Of a stretch of DNA of 64,000 bases, positions 51,801 to 64,000 are shown one piece after another. A program made the translations under genes and the position numbers. The stretch is taken from the NCBI RefSeq assembly GCF_026571515.1, contig NW_026851604.1, positions 1 through 64,000 on the forward strand, written 5' to 3'. Source of the stretch: Ruditapes philippinarum. Lineage: Eukaryota. The first letter of the stretch is position 1. The number at the start of each line of letters is the position of its first letter. Below the pieces are notes generated by a model, which had not been told where the DNA came from, did not search any database, and was given only the letters and a program-made list of their open reading frames with translations.

Positions 51801-53522
51801 TCATTGTGTGTTCAAAACTTTCAACTGGGCTCCAATGCTACCAACATAGATCTCAGCATAGCGTGAACTGTGGCATATTGATTGAAGAAGATCTCCATCT
51901 TCACCTTTATACATTATCTTGCCATGCTTCAAGTCTCCTTTGACTTTATGAATTGTTCCATCATTATAACAGCAGACAAGTAATGACCCATCATCTAACA
52001 TCAACATTCCTTTTGGTCTTGTAAGATATGTATGTTTATATGTAGCTGTAAGTTCCCCCTGTAATGATACACTCAAGACACTTTTTTTACCACGGTCACT
52101 GATGTACAGAAGTTTGGAATCCTTTCTCACAGCAATATACGGGATAAAGTAATTTGAAAGAAAGTTCAGAGGGATGTCATTCAGGATATCACCTTGTGTG
52201 TTCAGTACAATAACACTAGGAGGATACACACAAGCAACATAAAGACGGCCATGATTAAAGTCTATACCATAGCATTTCTTACCAACTTTAATACTGCGGA
52301 TACATGATAGCTTATCGTCTGTTTTCATGACAACTATTTCTTTCTTTACCGGCATTGTTATTGCAAACTGATCCTGAGACATTACAGCAATATCAAATGG
52401 GTTTGAGTCTAGAGTTTTCTCTTCTTGTACAAGCCTGTTCTCTATAGATATCAATTTTATCTTATTGTTAAGGTAATCAGCTAGAACTAGTTTATTTGTG
52501 TTGAGAACTGCGCATCCTGAAATATCACAATTTGCCTTTTCTGATGAAGTTTTAACATTAATATTTTCTTTCCAAATCAGATGATCAACAGTTTTTGTCA
52601 CCTTTGAAGGTTCATGACGAGAATTATCGACAACCTCACCAAATACCATTTTCGCACGCAACAATGTTTCCAGTTCAGAATTTCGTTGAAATGAGTAGTG
52701 AATATTGGTATGCAATAATGTTTGTTCTGCGTCAAATAATTCATCTGATTTCAGCGTAGATTCAGCCTTTTTCATGCCAATGTAGAGTTGACTGTCTTGA
52801 TGAGTTGATCTGCTTGCATGTAGACTTGATTGCAAGCATTTTATACCGGATATCATATTTTCACATGTATCAAGGACGTGTTGAATAATTTTGTTGGTGT
52901 TGGACTTTATTTCCTCGGCATTATTTAAAGCATCTTTTTGCATCAGATCTATGCGGTCGTTTATTTCTTTTCGGAATTCAGAGATGGCCTTGATGATTTC
53001 TTTATTGTTATCAATTATGTTGCTTCTACTGCGTGTAGCCTTCTTCGAAATTTCTGATGCTTCTTTTAATTTTTCGCCGAGCTTCTTCATGACGTCATCG
53101 AACTCCTTCCAATCTGCGACACCTTCGCATTTTTCAGGTATGTAATCAACTTTACATGTTCTATGGCCTAAAGTTATGCAATCATTGCATCCGAGTGCAT
53201 GGTGTGATGGGCAATAAAATTTGATTATTTCTTTTTTGTGAACTTGACACATTTCAGTGCATTCATTGTTTGATTTTCTTGTAGTTTGAATCTTATCAAA
53301 ATCATTACTCTGCAAAATTTGATGATTTCGTAAGACTTTTGTTTTTCTGTGGACATCGTGGCAAGTTTTACAAAGGTATTCTTGACAAGTGGCACAAAAC
53401 CCGTGAGCTTCTATACGTTGACCTGTGGTAAGACATGGCTCACAACAGTGATCGAAGTCTTCCGTTGATCCTGCTGCTACTGATCCTAGCAGGTCTATTT
53501 GTTTACATCCTGAAACGGCCAT
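51801..53522 (-). CDS. RING-less TRIM-like protein, 573 aa: B-box1, B-box2, coiled coil, NHL-like beta-propeller (single coding exon)
   Basis: CEPC..FCATCQEYLCKTCHDVH..H (B-box1), CQVH..FYCPSH..GCNDC...HRTC (B-box2), heptad region, and repeated blades (PFDIAV, CYGIDF, PYIAV, PKGMLM). Acceptor TTCCAG lies 2 nt before MAVSG. Confidence 0.93.
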   Translation of the reverse strand: MAVSGCKQIDLLGSVAAGSTEDFDHCCEPCLTTGQRIEAHGFCATCQEYLCKTCHDVHRKTKVLRNHQILQSNDFDKIQTTRKSNNECTEMCQVHKKEIIKFYCPSHHALGCNDCITLGHRTCKVDYIPEKCEGVADWKEFDDVMKKLGEKLKEASEISKKATRSRSNIIDNNKEIIKAISEFRKEINDRIDLMQKDALNNAEEIKSNTNKIIQHVLDTCENMISGIKCLQSSLHASRSTHQDSQLYIGMKKAESTLKSDELFDAEQTLLHTNIHYSFQRNSELETLLRAKMVFGEVVDNSRHEPSKVTKTVDHLIWKENINVKTSSEKANCDISGCAVLNTNKLVLADYLNNKIKLISIENRLVQEEKTLDSNPFDIAVMSQDQFAITMPVKKEIVVMKTDDKLSCIRSIKVGKKCYGIDFNHGRLYVACVYPPSVIVLNTQGDILNDIPLNFLSNYFIPYIAVRKDSKLLYISDRGKKSVLSVSLQGELTATYKHTYLTRPKGMLMLDDGSLLVCCYNDGTIHKVKGDLKHGKIMYKGEDGDLLQSICHSSRYAEIYVGSIGAQLKVLNTQ

Positions 53523-54297
53523 TCCTGGAATACTGAAAATAGAAGTTTTTATCACTATCTTCCTTTCTACTTAAAAGGTTATATTATTCAATTTGGCGCA
53601 TATCGAAATTTTATTTACATCTTAATAAACCACAAATGAAAAACAATTTATGTGTATTGCTTAATCGATCGCTGTGTAGCATTTTAATTTTCCAATGAAA
53701 AAGAAATATCTCATTTGACTTGTGACCTTAATTTTTGATATTAAAAAAACATTATCTGCTTTACGCTGCAAACAGATAATTCTATTTCTTATGCATATAT
53801 ATTAAAATTTAATTGGACAAATTTGTTGTGTTAACCGATATTAATCGTATTCATTAAAGTATCAACAATCAATAAATCAATTAAACTCTTTAATGAACAT
53901 CGATAATAATTCAGTAATAAACGTACACATTAAAAGAATCATGATTCTAGTGACAATAGTATGACTGTGAATACTAGTATCTAATATAGCCAAATAACAA
54001 CAATACAACATACGCTTTCTTAAAGGGACGCAGTTTCACACTATTTATAAAGCTTTCCAGTACAAGGTAGACTCCCTTTATCAAGAAAAAAAACTACGTC
54101 AAAAAGTAAGTTATAAGTTTTACATATCGCATAGTAACATTATAATTATTAATCCAATTCAGTTATGCGTCTCACAAATGTAAGCTAATAATATACAATA
54201 AAGAAAAAATGGTATGATTTATTTCCTTATTTTTTCACCGATAGTTTATGTAAAAACGCGAGGAAACAAATATTAAGAAAGAGAAAGACCTTTTCTT

Positions 54298-54455
54298 ACC
54301 TTTTGCAGTTATTTATTGTATCTATATTATTATCCGACCTTTACACGATTAAAATGAATTAATTGGATGTTCTTTTTGAAACTGACCTACAAGTTTTCGG
54401 CATAGATTAATTATACTTCCTTTCTCCGAAAACGTTTATAAATAGCATGTTCTAG
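54298..54455 (-). promoter_or_regulatory. Putative non-coding first exon/core promoter of the intact TRIM-like gene
   Basis: Donor AAG|GTAAGA at 54299; TTCTCCGAA at 54422; TTATAAATAG at 54436. Confidence 0.5.
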
Positions 54456-56113
54456 TTTTTGCACAAGGGTAGTTATACTTTTTATTATGTCGCTTATTAA
54501 TTTAAAAGTCATCTCCCTTTATAAATGATGATAATAGTATAGAGAGGTTATGCAAACTGTATTTCATTTGGATGTTACACAAATTCTCATCTGGAAATAT
54601 GCTCAAGTGTAAGTAAATTTGTTTTTTAATGATATGAATTATAACAATTGATTTATATTATGACTATTTCTGATGAAATTATAACACAGCGAATCACTGA
54701 TAGGAAACATGCTAAACAATGTTTTGATCTGTCAAATTGTATTTATTGACCTTAAACATGAACTTTGAGCGTCAAGAAATCAGTATGGTAAACAAAGATA
54801 TATTTTCATTAGCATCGAGGGTAACATATTGCCAAATCATTATAATTCAGAGTAAAGTCTTAGATCATGACTGTAAAATTTCTTGCAACGCCACTGCCTG
54901 GCGTCTTGCCGTCTTGCAATAATTTATAAATAAATGTGTATGACTTCTTGTTAGTTTCTAGAACTCTTACAATATAAAGACTATATTGAGTACAGCATGA
55001 ATTTGACAAATATGCTCAACAGATATTACTATATCCAAATAAAATATTGAAATCACATGGTGCAAATTCATTGGTAATATATTGTAATGTGTGAAAGAAA
55101 TCAGGGAAGCACAGAACAGCTAAACTTTTAACATGACTGCATGATTTCTTGCAAATTTAGCATATAAATGCGAATTCTATCTTGCAAGCTTCTTCCGCAA
55201 TTATTTCAAAACTCAATCGCTATTTGTTTCAATAAAGTTTAATTTCTTTATAGTTATATATGATAATTTATCTAGACGATATCGTTTGTTCATATTCACA
55301 TTTGAAATTATCAAAACCTCAATTATACAAATGATTTCATCGGAAGTGATACTGCTCCGTTTTAGTCACTAAGTGATCTCGAAAGATTTCATATATATTT
55401 ATCTAAAAAGTAAGATTCAGGGGAAATAGCTTGCAAGAAAACATACAATATTGATATTACACTTGTAGCACATTTACAGCATACATTGTATCTTAACGAA
55501 TGTCGTGAACTCAGTTCAGAAAATATAATTAACTGCAAGTAAAATGAATTACCTATTAAGTCAAAATTTAGAAAACAGCAACTCCTTGCCTATGAAAGTT
55601 TTGTTTTCCAAACGTGCATTATGCTATGAAAGTTTTGTGAATTCAAATGGTAAATTCTTGCGTTGATTTTATTATTCCTCAACGGGTTTCAGATAATTTT
55701 CTAATTTCTTTGTGTCCACTTAAAATTTATAAGATGTAGTTTTAAATAAAAACATTTTATTCATAGGTAAGTATTTTTAAATTGGAGCCGTGAATCAATT
55801 TAACAATTTCCTATGCTGATATGGTCCAAATTGAAAAGAAAAGCTTTTTTTAGATTGTAGTAAGATGTATTTATTTTTCAGTTTATAATTATAAATATAC
55901 TTGATGATTTATTTTAAAGACGATAATCTTATTCCTTTCGTGGAAAACGTCTATAAATATGCATGTCCTAAATTCAAGTTTATTTTGTCGCCTGTATCGT
56001 TCATTCAAGATTTATCTACCATTATTCTGTAAGTATAGGTAAGTTATAAGATAAAATTGTTCAAGAACAGCGCATCTGTTTAAAGCACAGACAATTGCTC
56101 CTTAAAATACAAA

Positions 56114-56229
56114 TTGTTTGTTTGTTTGTTTTGGGTTTTACGTCACATCGACACAGTATAGGTCATATCGCGACGTTCCAGCTTTACTGGTGAAGGAAAA
56201 CCTCAGGTGCCCTTCCGTGCATTATTTCA
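56114..56229 (-). mobile_element. SINE 3' fragment
   Basis: (AAAC)n tail preceded by GACCTATACTGTGTCGATGTGACGTAAAACC; absent from the paralog near 33935. Confidence 0.6.
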
Positions 56230-58699
56230 AATAATTATTAAATCCAAATAAACTGTGTATTTGTCAATACCGGCGCATATATCTATTCAAAACTGACCCA
56301 CATTTGTTCGGCCCAGATAACATTCACTCCATTCCTCGTAAACATTTATACATAGCATGTCCTAGTTTTTGGCAAGGGAAGTTATATATTTTATTTCAAT
56401 CATCATATTTCAAATTTATTGCCCTTTATAAATAATGATAATAATTAAGTATGTAAAATCGAGAAGTTTTGTATCAATTTTTTATCAACGAGCTGAACAA
56501 CGAGAGTAAGTAATGTTTCTAATGATGTAAATAACAATTTATTTATATATTATTAATGACGGAGTAATAGCGCAGGGTAAACCTGCTGAATAAATATAGG
56601 CTTTGTCATATTGTATTCATTGACAAACAAAACATTCAAACCTTAAACATGCACTTTCAGTGTCAAGCAAATCAGTATGTTAAACAAAACATATATTGCC
56701 AGTAACATCGAAGAACACATATTGACAAATAATTAACAAAATTTGACTTCAAATATGAAGTATGTTAAACAAACATATATTGCCAGTAACATCGAGGGAC
56801 ACATATTGGCAAATAATTATTGTGGGTAAAACGGCGGTGATACATAATGACTGTATGATTTTATGCAACGACATTGTATGTCCTGTTGCGAGTTTAATAT
56901 TAAAATGTGTGTGACTTTTTTCGAGTATCGAGGACTCTGACAATGAATATGAGACTATGAAAGTACAATAATAATAATAATAATAATATGAAATGGAAGG
57001 TTTATACTTCAAATATGAAACCTAAGCTCAAAATATAGCATGAAATTAAAGAAAGATTTATATTGAAGATCACATGGTGCAAATACTAAAAATCATGGTT
57101 ACATTTTATTATTGGTGAAATAAATAGAAATTCGATAGTGCAAGGGTAAAACAGAGCATCTAAGATATTTGATAACATTTATTTAGTAACATAATCGTTT
57201 TTTGTTTTAATAAACTTTAATGTCTATTATCAGTTATCTTTATGTCCATAATCACAATTAAATAATTAAAACCTGAATAATACCAAATGATTTCGCCGGA
57301 AGTGACACAGCTTCGTTTTAATCACTAAGTGATCTCGCAAGATATCATACAGGACTCACTAGAAAGATTCAGATGATGTCTTATGAGCATGCAAAATATG
57401 TACAGTCTTGATGTTACACGTTTGCCACATTTCGAGGATATATTTACAAAATTTAAATGATCTTGTTTCGGAAAATATAAGTAATATCAAGGTTATATAT
57501 TACAAAATGAAATTATTGCACCTACCATGCTTCTCGTGAAAAGAAACACAATTTGTCGTCTGTCCGACATACATTTCGTGTTATGTGCCTTTGATAAACT
57601 TGAGTTTAAGAAACCTGCGTTGGTGGGACGTTAAACAGACATTTTAAATAAGGGGAAATCCCATAAGAAAAAGAACATAAATCAAATACTAACAAATCGT
57701 CATTCGTAACATAAAATTGGCAACTTTTAGTTTGCAACATTCAAATGAGATACATCCGTTTACCTTCTGTGAATCTTGTTAAAACAATCACATGTTGCCA
57801 TATTAAGAATAGTGCAAATAAAGATAAGCAAAGGCTAGTTAAAGGCCAGTTTTACAGCTTTTTCTCATTCACTCCAAGATTCAGTGAAATATTTAAATAA
57901 AATATTGCAGGATATAAATGCTTCATAAATCAAATTGTTATTCGATGACAGTCCTAAGATATGATTAGTTACATCTCTTGTGACCTTCAAATGTAATGCC
58001 GTAGATTAGAGAACGTCTTTATAAAAAATATCCTAGATTTCAGTTAATTTTGTCGCTCGTATCATTTGAAATTTATCTCCCATTAATCTGAATTATTGAC
58101 AACTAAGTAAAAGTAAGTTGCCATTGACAAGAGCTGCCAAACGACTCAATATAATTGTTATGTTGTTGTACCTATTTTATTTACTGACCTATTTGTACAT
58201 TTCATTATCTGTTAATATTATATTTATAAATGGAATCTTTAATTTGATACATGAAACAAAATCAAATAACACAAATATATGAAATATTATTTTAAAGTTA
58301 TATTGAATGGACATTATTAAGATTGCGTTGTATGTGTATATTTATCGAGCTACAGTTATCTATGTCCACATACGGGTTATATAATTACATTTCTATTGCT
58401 GCTTTTTTCCGTCCTTGAAATCATTAAAGGATTATAATTATATTATAAAATTATAACACGACGAAATCTACAGAGTATGGTGTCTGATTTGTGCCATTCG
58501 TGTTTTCGCCACGGGGCCCCGCCAACCAAAAAGTCGAGAATTAACAAGTTAAAATGGCTGGGCGCATAGAGAAATGTAGCTGATTTATTCAACAAGTCCG
58601 TTGAAAAATAAGTTTTGAAAACTAATGCTGATGAGAAGTGAAAGATTTCAGTGACATTAAGTATAATGGTCATTTGAATTAACTTTAACCGCTGATTTA

Positions 58700-60800
58700 G
58701 AAAACCATGTGTGATAAATAGTTGTATATTTTCTGAGAAATTGGTAATTATTTGTTACTTAATACAATGTTAGCTGGAGCGGCCGCCGAGTTATGAACAG
58801 ACATGTATTATAATAATATTTCTTAAATATGTCTAAAGCCCGGTTCTAGCAATCCACAGTTTCAAATAGCGAAAAACGAAAACTTGTTGTAATTTCAGAT
58901 AATCAAAAATGTTTACTAGTGAAAAAATAGAATTTTTTTTTATTGATTTCATTGTTTATCGATCATGAATTATTCATTATTCATATAGTAATACAATACC
59001 TGGTTGTTTTATAAAACAAAAAGTAGTGTTGTCAATTTTTTAAGTTTAACATAAAGCCATTTTAGTTGCATTTGATAAAAAATGCCGTTTTTTCTTTATC
59101 GTTTCTATATATAAAATTGTTAATTTCTCTCATTTATTTATATCAAGTTTTAATATTTAAAATAACATACTTTGAAACATTTTTGCAATATAATATTATA
59201 CACGATTGAATATAAATTAAATGTCAACTAGCGGAGATAAAACTTTAATCCTTAATCAAACTTAACGTCAAATTCCTCCTAATATTAATCCAGAGCAATA
59301 CCCCACGTCGCTTTACAATTTTGATTAGTTTTGATAAGACAAAAATTGCATAATATTATGAATACATACATCTTGGATAATCACATTTTATATAACGTCA
59401 AATGTATCATTTTTGTCATACAATTTAAACAGCTGTTTGCATCGTATAAAACAATAAGCTTTCCACAAATAAACGAAAACAACGAGTTATTGCAAACTCT
59501 TGAAGCATCGCAATTTAATAATGTTATCAGTAACAATTTTATACTTAAGTCAAATCATCATAAATTTGACTACAGACACAAAGTTGGTAATCGCATCATT
59601 TTGAATTGCAAAAGTAGTTAAGCATTTACTGTATCATAAAATAATGATATATTGACGATTGCAAAGATTTATCTTGCAGTATATTGGAGACAGTGATATT
59701 TTGCCTTAAACTTAATTGACCTTTTATACACAATTTTAATAAACACATTACTGTATCTTTTTGAGATTGCCAATCGAGAAGTATGTGAACTTGAAGAAAG
59801 ATAATTCAAAAATTGAACAATCAAAATGCTTTAAGATCCTAATGGTAATACGTGGAAACAAATATACGAGTATGCAGATATTTTTGTCTGTGTTAATGCA
59901 CATGTATTAAATTATATAAGAAACAGAATAAAAAGTTTCCTGAGAAAATTTTCAACCTCTTTTTAAGTTAGATCAATCATAGAAGCTAGTCATTTAATAG
60001 TTTTTGCCTTACTCTGATAACTGACGAATATAACATTTGATAATTGTTTTTATCAAACGATATTCCTTCATTTTAAGCATATTACACTTTTTTTTAAATA
60101 ATGTGGTCACTTTGCGTTAAACCTTTAAAATACACCAACACAAATGTCTGTATAGAACATTTGACTAAACTTGATCAAGGTTGAATAAACGCCCAAACAA
60201 GGTATCTTGTTGTAATTTGTGCACATGTGATTTTTGATTTTTCAAAAACAAGTTTTATATATGAGTTAATAATAAACGTGGTAATAATAAATATTCTATT
60301 TGCATAGACTATCTTGTTGCATCAGATGAAAGAAATCCGTCATTTTCTAGGCAATCTGTGATTTTCTTGATGAATCCATATGGAATTTATTTATTTCATT
60401 CTACTTGTTTAAGCTTCATAGACATTTACCCTGCTTTCTTAAGTTGTTCGCAAAGTTTCTGCATGATATCATTAAATTTCATTCAATCTGTAATACCTGC
60501 GCATTTTTCAGTTTTATGGTCGATTTTGCAATTCCTATGATAAATCGCTTTGCAGTCATTGCATCCAAACTCCCTAACTGATAAACAATAAAATTGAACC
60601 AATTCTTTTTTTATAAACTCGACTTTTTTATATCATATATTCGTACGATGACTTTTATTTCATGAAGTCAACACAAATTGTAAGGCCTTTGGACGTACAC
60701 ATCAGTTTCGTTGTGTGTGTTTTTTTTTCATTGTTGTTTATTATTATTGGGAAATGATCTTTATCCTTTCAATCACGTATACACTTAACAAAAGTTCTAA
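58700..60800 (-). pseudogene. Highly decayed third B-box/coiled-coil/NHL paralog
   Basis: 60615->60480 translates KKELVQFYCLSVREFGCNDCKAIYHRNCKIDHKTEKCAGITD*, matching KKEIIKFYCPSHHALGCNDCITLGHRTCKVDYIPEKC. Followed by FNDIMQKL.EQLKKA with stops, and blade relics QEFAIT and WGIALD. Boundaries approximate. Confidence 0.75.
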
Positions 60801-60809
60801 CCGAACACT

Positions 60810-61992
60810 TTTTAAAAAATTTTTTTTCCCCCCTTTTTTTTTTTTAAATTTTTTTTTTAAATTTTTAAAAAAACCCCCTTTTAAATTTTTTTTTTTTTTT
60901 AAATCGTTTTTTAATTTTTCCCCCCCTTTTTTTTTTAAAGGGAAAACCTTTTTTTAAAATTTTTTAAAAAACTAAAATTTTTTTTTTTAAAAAAAAAATT
61001 TTTTTTTTAAAAAAAAAATTTTTTTAAAATTTTTTTTTAATTTTTTTTAAAAAAAAAAAAAAAAACCTTTTTTTTTTTAAAAATTGGGGTTAATTTAAAA
61101 ACTTTTTTTTTTAAAGGGGGGGGTTTTTTTTTTTTTAAAAAAAAAAAAAAAATTTTTTTTTAAAAAAAAAAGGGGGGTTTTAAAACCCCCCCGACCCCCC
61201 CTTTTTTTGGGGGGGGGGAAACCAAGGGGAAGGGGGGAAAAAAATTTTTTTTAAAAAATTTTTTAAAAAAAAAAAAATTTTTTTAAAAAAAAAAAAAAAA
61301 ATTTTAAAAAAAAGGGCAAAAAAACCGGGGGTAAAAAAAAAAATTTTTTTTAAAATTTTTTTTTGNNNNNNNNNNNNNNNNNNNNNNNNNNNNNNNNNNN
61401 NNNNNNNNNNNNNNNNNNNNNNNNNNNNNNNNNNNNNNNNNNNNNNNNNNNNNNNNNNNNNNNNNNNNNNNNNNNNNNNNNNNNNNNNNNNNNNNNNNNN
61501 NNNNNNNNNNNNNNNNNNNNNNNNNNNNNNNNNNNNNNNNNAAAAAGGGGGGGGGTTTTTTAAAAAAAAAATTAAAAAATAAAAAGGGTTTAAAAGGGGT
61601 TAAAAAAGGGGTTTTTTTTTCCCCCCAAAAAAAATTTTTTAAAAAAAAACCCCCAAAAAATTTAAATTTTTTTTTAAAAAAGGTTTTTTTTTAATTTTTA
61701 AAAAAATTTAAAAATTTTTTTTTTTTAAAACCCCCCAAAAAAGGTTTTTTTTGGGGGAAAAAAAAAAAAAAAAGGGCCCCCTTCCCCCTTTTTTTTAAAA
61801 GGGGGGGAAACCCTAAAAACCCCCCAAAAATTTAAAAAAAAAAAAAAAAAATTTCCCCCAAAAAAATTTTTGGAAATTTTTTTTTTTCCCCCCCCCAAAA
61901 AAAAAAAACCCAAAAAAAAAACCCAAAAAATCCCCCAAAAAGGGGGTTTTCCCCAAAAAAAAACCCCCAAAAAAAAAAAAAAAAAAAACGGG

Positions 61993-62025
<33 letters not shown>

Positions 62026-63235
62026 CCCTTTCCCAAAAAACCCCGGTTTTTTTTCCCAAAAATTTTTGGGTTTTTAAAAAAAAAAAAATTTTTTTTTTTA
62101 AAAAAAAAAAAATTTTTTTAAAAAAAAAATTTTTTTTTTAATTTTTTCCCCCCCCCCCCCCCAAAAATTTTTTCCCCTTAAAGGGCCCCCCCTTTTTTTA
62201 AAAAAAAAAAAAATTTTTAAACCCCCTTAAAAAAATACCCCAAAATTTTTTTTTCCCCCCAAAAAAAAAAAAAGGGGGGGGAAAAAATTTTAAAATTTTA
62301 AAAAAAAAATTCCGCCAAAATTTGGGGTTTTTTTTTCCCCCAAAATTTTTTTTTTTTAAAAAAAAAGGGGGAAAAAAGGGTTAAAAAAAACCCCCTTTTA
62401 AAAAATTTTTAAAAAAATTTTTTTTCCCTTTTCCCCCCTTTAAAAAAACCTTTTGTCCCCCCCCCCTTTTTTTTCCCCCAAAAAAAAATTTTTTTTAAAA
62501 AAAAAATTTTTTTAAAAAATTTTTTTTTTTTGGTTTTTTTTTTTTAAAAGGTTTTAAAAAATTTTAAAATTTTTTTAAAAAAAAGGGGTTTTTTTTTTTT
62601 TTTTTTTTTTTTTTTGGCCAAAAATTTTTTTACCTTTTTAAAAAACCCAAAAATTTTTTTTCCCCCCCAAAAATTTTAAAAAATTTTTTAAGTTTAAAAA
62701 AAATTTTTAAAAAAACCCCCCCTTTTTTAAAATTTTAAAAAAAAATTTTTTTCCCTTTTTTAAAAATTTTCCTTTTTTTTTTTTTTCTTTTAAAAATTTT
62801 TTTTGGGGGGGCCCCCCCCCCAAAAAAAAAATTTCCCCTTTTTAAAAAAAAGGGGAAAAAAAAAAAAGTTGGCCCAAAAAAAAAACCCCAAAAAAAAAAT
62901 TTTAAAAAAAATTTTTTTTCCCCCAATTTTTTTCCCCCCCGGGGGGGGCCCCCTTTTTAAAANNNNNNNNNNNNNNNNNNNNNNNNNNNNNNNNNNNNNN
63001 NNNNNNNNNNNNNNNNNNNNNNNNNNNNNNNNNNNNNNNNNNNNNNNNNNNNNNNNNNNNNNNNNNNNNNNNNNNNNNNNNNNNNNNNNNNNNNNNGGCC
63101 CCCCCCCCTTTTAAAAAAAAAAAAGGGGGAAAAAAATTTTCAATTTTTTTTCAAAAAATTTTTAAAATTTTTTTTTTTCCCCCAAAAATTTTTTTTTTAA
63201 AAAAAAAAATTTTTTGGAAAAATATTTTTGGGTTT
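60810..63235. other. Low-quality homopolymer-run sequence with N gaps (61366-61540, 62963-63096); probable artefact
   Basis: Consists almost entirely of A/T/C/G runs with no periodicity and flanks gaps. Confidence 0.85.
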
Positions 63236-64000
63236 AAATGTGGTTTCCCCAGTCTGTAAAATCATTTTTGGGGTTGATGTGCTTTTTATATAATATTGAT
63301 ATAAGTAACACACTGACTCTACGTAAATCTACAATAACCATGTTTTGACTTTACACAAAGTAGATATGTTATGTGTAAAATTCTACACACTATAGGTTGT
63401 CACAATATAAGTATAATGTGACATTAAAAAAACTGCCTGTTTTGTTGTTGTTGTTTTTTGTTGTTTCTTTTAAGAAAAGACCAAATTGAATTTCACTTGA
63501 CCGTAATAAGGAACGCAGCTTATTCCTTCCTTTATTCAAATTATAGATATTTGTTAAGAATTCATAGAGTTCAATAAATTTCTGTGATCAAAATATTTTA
63601 AGAAAGGATGAACAAAGTATATCCTTTCAAAATTCCATCTTGTTTATTTGTTTTTTCGTTTAGGGCATACTCTTTTTGCGACGGACGCGCCCTCAGGCGC
63701 GTTCAGAGCTAAGTCATCTACACATGGGATTTCGTCGGCTACAATCGCGCAAGGTGTCCTCAACCGATTAACAGCCCAAGAAATAGTACATGAATTTGAT
63801 CCTTTAAAACTCCCATACTTTGTCGGGATATCTTAATATCTTCCATATTTAGCCTTTTCAATTTCAAATTAAGTTATCCAAGTTAAAATATGAACGTATA
63901 TGATTGATAAAAACGTTGTAGTCCCGTAGTATTATTGCGCAATATGCAAATTACTGCCGAAACGATTTACCGCTGTCGAAAAAGTAGGACAGCAAATTAT

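Larger units (their letters stand above)
47570..57980 (+). repeat. Segmental duplication, copy 2
   Basis: Collinear with ~25760-35850. Confidence 0.9.

Noticed and set aside
52891-53145. Plus-strand 84-aa ORF
   Set aside because: Antisense shadow of the coiled-coil coding region.
60715-63114. Lys/Phe/Gly/Pro-rich ORFs
   Set aside because: Translations of homopolymer noise next to N gaps; very probably an artefact.

Overview
AT-rich, intron-containing animal DNA, most likely from a clam/bivalve (inferred from the repeat families and the RING-less B-box/coiled-coil/NHL genes). There is no prokaryotic operon, CRISPR array or rRNA. Coding content: a ~295-aa disordered protein (12090-12977, +); a candidate two-exon single-pass membrane protein (25509-26921, +) that the ORF track does not show; and three minus-strand TRIM-like B-box/B-box/coiled-coil/NHL paralogs, one disrupted (29385-31105), one intact (51801-53522) and one heavily decayed (~58700-60800). 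A ~10-kb segmental duplication (~25760-35850 vs ~47570-57980) and a second duplication of only the upstream non-coding region (31555-35965 vs 36535-43880) produce a tandem array of promoter-like modules with splice donors. Many transposon relics are present: Kolobok-, piggyBac- and Ginger-like MITEs, tRNA-derived SINEs and a self-nested Crypton-like family. The most striking is the 3' end of a Penelope-like (Naiad-type) retroelement whose ORF end overlaps a near-canonical type-2 SECIS stem-loop and contains an in-frame TGA. 60810-63235 is homopolymer noise with N gaps, probably an assembly artefact.
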